Below are positions 13,261-24,939 of a stretch of 64,000 bases of DNA, one piece after another. Made by a program: the position numbers and the translations under genes. The first letter of the stretch is position 1; every line of letters begins with the position of its first letter. The DNA comes from Geosiphon pyriformis uo1. Taxonomy: Eukaryota; Fungi; Glomeromycota. The stretch spans positions 202,094-266,093 of the forward strand of contig JAAOMT010000495.1 in the NCBI GenBank assembly GCA_016748015.1, written 5' to 3'. A model generated the notes under the pieces. It did not search any database. It had not been told where the DNA came from and saw nothing but the letters and a program-made list of their open reading frames with translations.

Positions 13261-16200
13261 GTGGTGACCACACCAGACACAGCAACTCTAGAGTATAATC
13301 AGTCAATTTACACCCACTGCAAGCAAAGATTCAATATTCCAAACGGAATTGAAGTTGTAAAGAAATCAGTATACCAATACATTGAAAACTGCATTAACAA
13401 TTATCTTTTTGGAAACTACAACATTTCAGAAGTTAGAAGCAACCTCTACAATAATTTAGTACACTATTCACAATTGGGAACAAAAGACCTGAACAGTGAA
13501 ACACTTGCTATCTACTTCCAAGAACTTAATTTTAACATTATTGAGTATTGTGAAGAAAAATACCCAGTACAGTCTAAATACACTTTTAACTTTGAATCAG
13601 AGACAGAAACAAGCAACAAAGGCAAACAAAGATTGAAGCAATACTCAAGAACCACTCCAAACACTCCAACACTACAAAAGACAACTGCCAAACACTTGCA
13701 AACACCTGAACAAGAAACCAGTGTCAAATTACCACTTTCTATTACATCATTTCCAATTTCACTTGTTCAACCACAAACACCAAGTTTACCACTTAGCCAT
13801 TTCTCCAGACCAGAAGATTTTCAGTCACCTAGAAATCCTACTCAACAGCAGGAACCAATATCAACAAGTGCCAATATCATTGATTACTTACAGGAAAACA
13901 AAAGTAATCACTCAGAAAGCTTGGAAAGTGAAGAAACTGAATCAAAACCAGAAGAAATTACAGAAAATGAAGAAAAAATGGCAACTGCTTACATTGCAAA
14001 AATCCCAGAATTTACTGGTGAAGACAATAATACCAGTTCTCAAAAATGGCTTGACAAGGTTCAAAAAGCAGGAGATGCAAATGGTTGGATTGCAGCAAAA
14101 ATGCTCAAAGCAATTCTCTACTTTCTTCAAGAAACAACAGGAGAATGGTTTAAAAATTTAGAAGAACCATTTAAAAACTGGCAAGCATTGAAAGATGCTT
14201 TTCTATAACAATTTACCGACAACAATACCTCTATTACTCTTAAAAACTGCTTTCACAATATCAAACAAGAAACATCTGAATCTGTTATGATCTATCTTGG
14301 AAGATTTAACAAACTTCTCAGACGAATCCGACAATTGGAAACCAATGACTACTATTTTGATGCTCAAATTTTGGATCAATTTATAACAGGGTTAAAAGAC
14401 AAACTGATTAAAAAAGTCCATTCACATGCTCCAGCAGACTTAGCAACTGCTATTAGACATGCAAAAAGCTATGAGATGGCAATGGAAGAAGCAAATCACC
14501 AAGCTTGTAAATTTTGCAATTGGAGAAACCAGCTCAGCAGCTGAAGAAAAAATAGACCAACTCACAAGGAAAGTTGAAAGCTATTTTACAAACCAACAAC
14601 AACAGCAGCAACAACCACAAAGATATCAACCACCACAATGACACAACCAAAACAATTTTGGATTACCATTCAACAACCAATCTCAAAATTGTCATTATTG
14701 TGGAATTCCAAAACACTGGAAACAAGATTGTAGGAAATTACAAAGAGACCAACAAAACAGGAGTAATCAACATTACTCTTCACCACAACAATCCTATTAC
14801 CAATCTCCACCACCAACCTATTATTCACCAAGACCACAAAATCAAAACTACTATCTACCAGCTCCACAATCAATACAGCAACAATATCAGCAACCTTTAC
14901 CAATTCAGCCATATCAGACACCACCCACTCAACAATATCAAGTACCAGCAAGAAGATTGGTTTAACATAACCAATTCATACTCCAAAATCAATTGCAGAA
15001 TAACCACAACAGAATCAATCTAAATAACCAGTTGGTTCCCCAAAATTCAGGTCAGCAAAGACCCAATCACTATCACATTCAACCCAGTTATCTTACAATA
15101 CCAGAGGAATCAGATTTTCAACAAACTGCACTTTCTGAAAATGAAGTTGCAGCACTAAGATCAAACCCTTCCAACCACACCATTCCACCAGCTTAAATTG
15201 CCCAAAATGCTAATCTGTCAGATATATTTCCATTTGAATTTGAAGCAAATGAATCACCATTTCTGCTTAGTAATGCAGCAGTCAATGAACAGAAAGCAAT
15301 TACTGCTATGTACACAGAAGCTACAGTGGAAGGAAAACCCATTCGCTTAATTTTAGATAGTGGATTAGCTGGAAGTATTATCACTTACCAGCTGATGCAA
15401 CAACTCAAATGAAATGTAGACAGACCAGCTCAAACAGTTATTGTCACAGCTGATAGTATGAAGAAGACTTCAGTAGAAGAAATTGATAATTTCCCTTTTT
15501 CAATTGATGGAATCACCATTCCAGTTAAAGTTCTTGTTATGGATGCACCCTAATATCAAGTTCTAGTCGGAAATGATTGGCTTCTCAAGGCCAATGCAAA
15601 TCTGAACTGGAAAATTCAAGAACTTAAAATCTCATACCAAAGACAATATACCATAGTACCTGCAACCTGTGGTACCTTTAATAAATGATCAGAAAAAGCT
15701 TCAGTATTTGAATTTGAAGAGGAGAAAGAAATGCCACTTACTGAAACCTACATGGCTCTTGGATCAACATTCAATTGGGCTGAAGAAACCGAACAAGAGA
15801 TTTTTGAAGAATCAAGGGAATGGAAGAAAGTTAGATATTCTACACCAGAACCACGGAAACAACCACCCTATATTCTACTTAAATGCAAAGATTGCAACAA
15901 AAAACTTTCATCAATGGAAGCATGTATTTCTCCAGAAGAGGAATATGAAACTCGTACCTGTTACTTTTGCAAAGCATGCCATAAAGAACGATTTGGATCT
16001 CCAAAAAGAAGTGGAAAATGGGACAACACACCTTGCCTTATATGTGGAAAAATGCTACCAAAAGAATGCAATTGGATTGATGTAGCAATGAGAGGAGGAG
16101 TATGTGATCAAACCTGTTAATATGCTCTATCAATTTCGGAAAAAGTCAGAAGAGGAACACCATTTGATGCAGCATACAACAGTGTTCTCAATAAACTTTA

Positions 16201-18880
16201 CCACTACATTCATGATGCTGAAATGATTTTTGACTTAGCAATGGCATTGATCAATGGAACCACCCAAGAAGATGTTTGCCAAATGAAAAAAGCTGAATAT
16301 ATTGAGTATACCATGGAATTAGCTGGATTTGATTATGAAGATGAAGTAGAAACCTACCATCAAATTGCAAGCCACACATATCCAACCAAAGAAGCTCAAA
16401 TTCAATGATTAGAGCAAATAAACATTCAATTGTGTAAAGAATGTGTTATGCCTTGTGATGACCAATGGTGTTTAAAATGTTATGCTCTTAGCATTTCTCT
16501 GCCAGATGAGAATGATGAAAATAAAATCGAATTTGGAGTATCTGAACTAGTAGAAGAACTACCAACCACTTCCATCTATCTTCTTGAAAAGCAACCATCT
16601 CTACAACTTAAATATTTTGACAACCATGGCCAAGGAATCAGACCAGAAAAAGCACACGAAATTAATACTAGATATGATCTAAGATACCCAGGAAAAGATA
16701 CTTTGATTCTCCAACCAAAGTCTTTGACAAAAATTAATCTCAAAATTGCTTTTGAAATTCCACCAGGAGCAATGGTTCAAATTGCCTCCAGATCATCATT
16801 GGCAAGCAAAGAAATCAATATTAAAGAAGGAGTTATAGATGCAGGATACACTGGAGACATTACCATCATGTTACAGAATGAGACAGACAAACCATTCAAA
16901 ATTAAACATGCTGAAAAAATTGCTCAAGTAATTTACTTACCCTTAATCAACATTTCGGGTTTACAATCAATAAACAACAGAGAACAATTGGGAAAAAGTG
17001 AAAGAGGAACTCAAGGTTTTGGTTTAACTGGACAATTTACAGTTCCAGTAAACATAGTTTTTAATACACAAAATGAATCTCACCAGATTCTTCAACTTCC
17101 TCAGCCAATTACCATTTCATCTTTTGGAGAACATCACAAAATTTACACTTGCTCAAAACCCACTACTACACAACAAATCTTTGAATCCAATGAACAAATC
17201 TGTTTGAAGCATGAAATATCAATTCCAAACGTTTATATTCCCAAAGGAATGAAAAAATTTTGAGTTATATTCTACAACCCCAATAATTATCCTATTGTTT
17301 TATTAAACAAATTAGAAATTGGAATCATACACAGCAATATTTTTCAAGATGAAAACCCTCAAATTGTCTTTAATTTCATTGAAATTGTAAAGCACACTTT
17401 ACTTCCAAATCCAAATATCATTTCTATTATTGAAAACTACCACTTGTTGGAAGAAAAACTCTCTCAAATCAATATGGGTCTCTTAGAACCTCAACAACAA
17501 AGACAATTGAAACAATTGATAGCTGAATTTGCAGATATATTTGCAAAAGACAACAATAACTTGGGAAAAACAGACATTGTTCAACATCAGATCCATACAG
17601 GAGATGCTCTACCAAAACATCAACAAGTTTATCGAGTGCCACCTGTCAGCCACCAATTCATCAGAGAAGAGGTCCAAAGAATGCTCAATAACGGATTGAT
17701 TCAACCATCAAGAAGTCCTGGGGCCTCATCAGTAGTTTTAATTAAAAAGAAAAACGGAAAAATCAGATTCTGTGTTGATTATAGACAACTGAATAGTGTT
17801 ACAATTGAAGATGCCTATCCTCTTCCAAGAATTGATGACATGCTAGATGCTCTAGGAAAAGCCAAGTTCTTTTCAACTTTAGACCTAAAAAGTGGATACT
17901 GGCAAGTCGAAATGGACCCAAAAGATAGACCCAAAACAGCATTCACCACTCAAGGAGGAAATTATGAATTTAATGTTATGCCTTTTAGACTCTGTAATGC
18001 ACCAGCAACATTTCAGCAACTCATGGATGTTGTCTATGAAAAGCTCTTGTGGCAATTAGTAGTTGTTTATCTTGATGATACTAATGTATACTCACCAAGC
18101 TTTGAAGCCCATCTCATTCACCTGTGAGAAGTTTTTCAACGATTATGGAAAGCAGGATTAAAGTTAAATATTGAGAAATGTCACTTTAGAAAAACAAGCT
18201 TGATCTTTCTTGGACACATAGTTAGTAAAGATGGAATCAAACCAAATCCAGAAACAATCAGTGCTGTCAAAAACTTTCAAACTCTCAGAAATACTACAGA
18301 ACTAAGAAAATTTGTGGGATTAGCCTCTTACTATCAAAAATTCATAAAAAGATTCTCAGAAATTGCCAAACCACTCAATTATCTTACCAACAAAAACATA
18401 CCATACAAATGGATTAAAGAACAACAAAAAGCTTTTGAAATCTTCAAAACAAAATTGACAACAGCCCCAGTTTTTGCTTATCCAGACTTTAACAAACGAT
18501 TTCAATTAGCCACTGATGTCTCACACATAGTATTTGGTGTTATCTTATCACAATTGGATGAAAATGGCCAAGAACAAGTTATTGCCTATGCCAACAGAAC
18601 ACTCAAGCCAACAGAACTCAAATATGGCTCAACTGAATTAGAAGCTGCTGCAGTTATTTGGGCTCTTAAACATTTTCAACAATATCTGAAGAATGGAAAA
18701 GAATTTGACATAATAACAGACAACATTGGCCTCAAATGGCTTAATAAAAAGAAAACTGAACAAAGTGCCAAACAGTCTCAATAGAATAACTTCCTAGCAG
18801 ACTACAGATATATTATACACCACAAACCAGGAAAACTACATACCAATGTTGATAGCCTCTCAAGAATGAGACAAGATTAA
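13261..18880 (+). pseudogene. A2 ORF1: Gag-PR-Cys-rich-dUTPase-RT-RNaseH
   Basis: GTG at 13261, ATG at 13978; CHYCGIPKHWKQDC; LILDSG; dUTPase ~16640-17035; VVYLDD; RNase H LATDVS...ELEAAAV...ITDN; ends MRQD-TAA; one frameshift near 14497 and several stops. Confidence 0.9.
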
Positions 18881-18937
18881 TACCAACAACAATTCCACCA
18901 CAACTTACCAACTTACCAAAAAAATAACCAAACAAAA

Positions 18938-20285
18938 ATAGATCCCAGAAACTACAGCAATCTTAAAAATTATTTGGAGACTCTTACTATGCCAGAAAAC
19001 TGGTCTTTAAGTGAAAAACACCACTTATAATACCAATCAAAACAATATTTCATATACCAAAACAAAATCTATTATAAAAATTACAGAAAACCAAACCAGC
19101 CACTTAGATTAGTACAAGAGAATGAAAAAGAAACAATTTTATACAACATGCATACAGATCCGTCTTCAGCACACTTGGAAAAAGAGAGAACAATTCAAAG
19201 AACCCTTGAACATTATTTTTGGCCTCACATGCAAAAAAACATTTGATAATATGTAGAATCTTGTGATAATTGTCAAAAAAGAGAAGGAACTCGCCCCACA
19301 GAACCTTTAAATCCAATCAAAGTTGGACAACTTTTTGACAAAGTTGGAATTGATTTAGTCGGACCATTACTTATCACAACCCAAGGAAATTGTTATATTG
19401 CAGTTGCAGTGGATTATCTTACCAAATGGCCTGAAGCTAGAGCCATCCAAAGAGCAGATGCAAAATCAGTAGCAAATTTCATCTATGAAGACATTATCTG
19501 TAAACATGGATGCCCAATTGAACTCTTATCTGATCAAGGAACACATTTTGTGAACAACTTGATACAAAAAATTTGTGAACAGTTCAATGTTAAAAGACTT
19601 TTATTATCATCTTATTATCCTCAAACAAATGAACTTGTAGAATGTTTCAACAGAACATTGTGTGAATCTTTAGCCAAAGTCTCAACAGACTTTGAGCAGG
19701 AATGAGATATCTTTATTCCATCAGTGTTACTAGCATACAGAACACTAAAACAAGATACTATGAAACACATATCATTTGATCTTACTTATGGAAGGACAGC
19801 AATATTACCAATTAATTTTACAGTGGAAACATACCCAGTGCAACCAATCAATGAAAAAAACTTTCAAAAAACACTCCAAAGAAAAGCATACACTCTTCTT
19901 AGTACACTGGAAGGAAAAAGAAGAATAGCAGCAACTCATATTGAACATTCCCAAGCTTAACAAAAAGAAAGACATGGAAAATAAAGTTCTCTTACACAGA
20001 ACTAAGGCTGAAAAACAATGGAGTGGGAAATTTGAAAACAAATGGGATGGACCATTTTATATTCATGAAATTCTAGGCAATGGATCATATAAGTTAAGAC
20101 TTGATGACAAAATATTAGCAAAAGTTGCACATGGAGACAGATTAAAACACTATTATTCCAGAAACAATCCTGAACCATTAATTTCACAAATTGGTACACA
20201 TTCCCTTTTAATTAATCCTGAAGATATTTCCCGAAATTTAGAACCAATAATTATAATAGAACAACAACCAAACTTGAACACTTAA
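18938..20285 (+). pseudogene. A2 integrase (separate ORF2)
   Basis: MHTDPSSAH...SCDNC (HHCC); GIDLVG, SDQG, VECFNRTL (DDE); WDGPFYI GPY/F module; no chromodomain; start ATG mutated to ATA. Confidence 0.9.
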
Positions 20286-20427
20286 ATTTTACAATAATTC
20301 TCTAATAAAAACACAAAGACAAAAATAGTAAATAATTACAAAACACCCAAACCCAAAAACAAATAAAAACCCCATATCCAAAAATCATTTTCTTTATTTT
20401 CTCTTTTTATAATTAGTCAATTTTATC

Positions 20428-21135
20428 ATAATTATTTCCCGAAATATTCAACAAATATCCCAAAAATTAATGTTAGCCTTGAAAACACTCTCTGACTTAT
20501 CTATAACGATTAATAGAAGTCAAATTAATTACATTCAGAAAGAAACCACAGCCCCAGTAGCAAATTATTTACAGAACTATCATCCCTATAGAAGAAAAAC
20601 AAGAAGTCACTCTGAGAATAGATTACCAAGACTTGTGAAGCAGGCACTAGAAGAAAATTTTTTAATTGCCCCTATTAACATTCTACCAAATGCTACAATA
20701 CAACAAAAACTTCTACTACTTCTTAATGAACAGAACAATGAACACACTCCTATCTATAAATACTTTCAAATTGGAAAAACACTTTATGAACGAAAACTGG
20801 AACTTAAAGCAACAAATCTCACTCCTGAAGTTATACAAAAACAAATCCACAATGAATTCAAAACAGCAGCTGGACCAACAAACACTTACTACAAACTTAG
20901 AGCAGCTCTTAGACTCTATGACTTGTTTAATACTTGTGAAAATGTTCTACAAAATCTAATACTGCAACCAATAAAAGTCTAATACATTAGCAAACTCACA
21001 GAACTGAAATTTCAACAATTTTCAGACCAGATTACTTCAATTATTTTAGATCACTATCTCAATATTACAGATAGTGCCTGGACTTCGACAGAGCTCAGTT
21101 TTGAGGAAGAAATTATGTTACCAGTAGAATTTTAG
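20428..21135 (+). pseudogene. A2 ORF3, unknown ~235-aa protein ending inside the 3' LTR
   Basis: Collinear with the open ORF at 39020-39739; one internal TAA at 20980-20982. Confidence 0.8.
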
Positions 21136-22089
21136 CTATTAATTAACATGAAATTACCCATATAATTCCTATAATTCATTAGTATATTAATATCATTTCA
21201 AATTATTATTTATTATTTAATCAATTATCACATATTACGATTCAATTAAAATAATCTAATTAGTATAACAGAAAGTAGAATAATCAAATTACACAATACT
21301 CTGAACTTTGTAACATTCAAAAATTCGCCGAAATTTACAGAAATTCGCCGAAATTATGAATAGTTCATCCAAATTAATCAATAATTCAGCGAAATAACTT
21401 GTAGTTCATCAAAATGTATCTTTAGTTTGCCGAAATTTGAGCAAAGAGAAAAAGTGCAAGTTCATAGACTAGTACTACAACAAGTTGTATAAAAGAAGAG
21501 CTTTTCTCTTCTGGAAAATGTATCTTACTTTAGATTTATCTCTTAAAACCGTTCCTATATACACAAAAAGAAATAAATATCAAATAATTCGAAAAAACCA
21601 AATTCTTTAATTATTGTACTTAGAAAAACCTCCAAAAACCCAATTAACATTTCGAAATTGATTAGCTACTAATTTCAGTAAACTGTTAGTGACTCCAGGC
21701 TTGGATAGAAAACGTTTCCCTTGATAAAAACTTATTTCTTTTACATTTTTTTTATTTTTCTTTTCTTTTCTTATTACAATTATTAGAATAGCCTACAGAC
21801 GAGATTCTTATAGAAGAGTTGACTTTTACAGCAAAGTAACTACATATTTTTAGTGAGCTTCTAGATGAGCAATTCCTGGGAAAGAGTTGACATTTACTAC
21901 AACGTAACTACATAAAGTAACTGGCAAGGAATTGGCCATTCCACTTATAAGCCCAGCAGTTCAAATTATAAGAAATAATTTGAAGATAAATTCAGTTATT
22001 GGAGGTTCAACCACATCCAAAAAACGTGAATTCACAACAAACAGGCATCAACAACATTTAAGAAAAGAGACCAAAAACCTCCAGTAACA
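21116..22089 (+). repeat. A2 3' LTR (974 bp)
   Basis: TGTTACCAG...CAGTAACA, preceded by GAGGAAGAAA. Confidence 0.95.
21324..21445 (+). repeat. Six 20-21-bp tandem units with a TTCGCCGAA-type core in the family A LTR
   Basis: Units start at 21324, 21344, 21364, 21385, 21405 and 21426; present in all A LTRs. Confidence 0.8.
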
Positions 22090-23571
22090 TCGGAGTCCTA
22101 ATGGTATTGGCAATTGTGATTTAAATCCCTCAAAATACGCATCATAGGATTCTAATAAATCTTCTTCCCTTTGTTTACTTTGGAACAGGAAACGTCCAAA
22201 TGTTGATGTTGCGTTTGATGTGGACGCGTCTGCTGTTGTTATATGGATGGCAGTTCCAGAGGTGTAGTAATAGAATGGAGCAGTTGGTGATTCAACTCTT
22301 GTTTTCTTCCAAGTAGGTGGTTGTATCTTTTTAGGGGTCACTGCTGGTGTTTGTAGTTTTCCTTTGCCTTTACTGGTGTAAGTAATTGGATATCTTTGTT
22401 GGGTGTAATGTTCAATTTTTTTATTGATCTTAGTTATGATGGATGCAAAGTTATGATTTGTTGGTAGGCTGGTGTTTTGAATCAATTTATTGTAAAAGGT
22501 TTCTCTTGCTGATTCAGTATTCACTAAGGTTCCCAACAAATAAGCAATCTTTTCGTTGACATAGAAATTGAAAGCTGACTTGGCTGATATGTGATTATGA
22601 GTTAATCCCAAGTATTGACAGTAATGTTGAAATAAGGATTTCACGAATTCTAGATGGTTTGCTCCAACATTTTCTAATTCTGCCACTTTTTGAATGGAGT
22701 TGTTGGTACTGGTTCTCTGTAGGATTAAACTTTACAGGGAGCACCAAATATTACAGATGATTATTTGGAGTCTCAAATTAAATAACAAATCCATAACTTG
22801 GTACTTGAAAGCTATTTGTATTGATAATGATGATCTGAAGATTTTGGTGCTCTGAAGATTTTCCAAATGAGTTCTTTGTATAATAGACAGAGATTCAATA
22901 ATGTTGGTATTTATAATTTTGTTTCAGTTGTTTCTCAATTTTTTTTTCAGCTTGGTGGCCGGATTTATTCTAGCAGTCATGCTCTTCTGATAAGCTATCT
23001 GTTAATATATATATTATTACCCTTATTTCTGGATCTTTTACCAGACTATTCATAACGTCAATAACTCAGTGCTTTAATCCTCAATTAATTAATATACAAC
23101 AATAAAATTAAAGAAAAGAAAAATAAAGAAAGAAAAGAAAATAAAAGAAATAAAGAAATAGTTAAGGCAATGTGCAAATTAATATCCCATCAATAGCTGT
23201 GATCAAGAGCTATTGTTCTAGTGTGGTTAAGTATCAATGTCTATTAACTTGAAGTGTTAATAATGGAGAATGAATTGTGATAACAAATAGTTATTTATTA
23301 ATAATTGTGATTTTGAAAGGTTGCTTAGATTAAATCTAAACTGGAAGGTCTGTCTTTTCAATTTCTAACACTACTGCTATATATACATAATTGAGATTCC
23401 TCAATTCCTCAATTCTTCATGACAGGAATCCTAGAATTCTGGAATCCTGCAATTCCTCATAAGAATCCTGCAATTCCTGAAAAGAATCCTGGAATTCCAC
23501 ATTTATTATATCTACTTTTGATTGGCTAATAACTATGCTAATATATCTTTCCTATATTTCTATGAGTAACA
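22090..23571 (-). mobile_element. Copy B3 5' end: LTR 22749-23571, PBS and Gag N-terminal domain
   Basis: TGTTACTCATAG...TGTAATA, then TTTGGTGCTCCCTGT; GTG at 22686; LTR pairs with 48793-49621; flank CTGT in element sense. Confidence 0.92.
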
Positions 23572-24509
23572 ACAGTCTCTAACAACCAAAGCTAACAGCA
23601 AAGGCCTCAGCCAAACCAAGCAACCTAACAACATCATCAAACAAAAACCAAAGACACCCCACAAGAAAGTCCAGAAATAATACTATCATCATGAACCAAA
23701 CCAGCCTTTTCCATCTTCACCCAGTGACTAGATCTTACCAACCACACTTTAGCACAATGCAGTTCTACGACAAATCTCACAAAGTCAGCCAACTGAGCAA
23801 CAGTTATCTTTCTATCATTAAAAACACAACAAGCTTTATTATACCACTTATTCAGCACAAACTCTTTACAAATCAAAGCATAAAACCCAACATCAGTAGA
23901 ACATTGAGATAAAACTCATAGCATGGCAGATGCAAAAGAGCCAGAAGTGCCAGCCAAAACAGACCAACAGGCAGAAGTCTTAGCCAAGATTTTACCATGA
24001 ATGCCAGACTCATGAATACAAGTAAAAAAATGGTCGGAAAACTCCACATCACTGCACAACAAACACAACACACCAGGATAAAGCCTGTTATACAACTTCT
24101 TTCTGATCACAACTGGCAGCCTTTTGTGTACAGCTTTAATAAGATAAGTGCAAAGTGTCAAGAACTTACAACTAGTGAAACCAGTGAGCATATAAGAATC
24201 AGGATGCCACACCATTGCTGTGACAACCCAGTTTATGTGAACAATCATTGTATTTGAAACCACATCAAAACCAGGACCAGCTTCCTTACAAGCATGACAA
24301 ACAGAGCGAAAAATATCTCTGACAAAATGACAGACATTACCAAAGACAGAAGTACTCTCAGCAACCAGAAAATGTTTACACACATCAGCCAACAGAGAAA
24401 ATAGAAATCCAGAGGCAGCCCCAGCAGCCAAGTCAGCCTTCATATTGCCAGAAACTCCAGAATGGCCCTTCACCTTAACCCAACTTACACTAAGATCTTT
24501 ATCCTTGAC
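23572..24509 (-). mobile_element. 5'-truncated non-LTR retrotransposon (LINE), RNase H end and C-terminal zinc knuckle
   Basis: WVKVKGHSGVSGNMKADLAA (RNase HI C-terminal motif); CLLCSDVEFSDHFFTC; TSD AAGTGCAGT (rc at 24510-24518). Confidence 0.88.
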
Positions 24510-24939
24510 ACTGCACTTATAAAAAAAAAATAATTTAATTTATATAATACTCAAGTATAATTAAACATAATAATTAAATTATATAATATTTAAGAATTTG
24601 CTAAAATATTTAATATTTTTTTAAATAAGTTATAGTTTATTAAAATATATATTTAAATCTCAAAAATTTGTAAAAATATTAACAAAAAAAAATATTTAAT
24701 TTTTTTATTTATTTATTAAAATTTAATAAATAAGACCTAACTACTAACTAAAAATTAAGAATAAATTAAGAACTTTAAGGCTAAATATAATTTATGTATT
24801 TTTTATATATAATCAGTTATTCAAGCCAGTTTAGACTATACTATATTAATACAACAAAAAAAAACTTATTTAAAACCAATATTTTTTAAACTACAATAAA
24901 CAATATAATATTATAAGAGATTAATTCAACTAGTTATTT

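Larger units (their letters stand above)
12344..22089 (+). mobile_element. Full-length Ty3/gypsy copy A2 (~9.8 kb), inserted antisense into B3 gag
   Basis: LTRs 12344-13215 and 21116-22089; TSD TTGG (12340-43) / TCGG (22090-93); PBS at 13216; purine tract before 21116; all domains present. Confidence 0.96.

Noticed and set aside
20150-20285. Chromodomain at the integrase C-terminus
   Set aside because: No Y.VKW.G-type motif; only a short tail follows the GPF module
21324-21445. LTR tandem units as a CRISPR-like array
   Set aside because: Degenerate 9-bp cores with ~11-bp spacers inside a eukaryotic LTR; no cas genes
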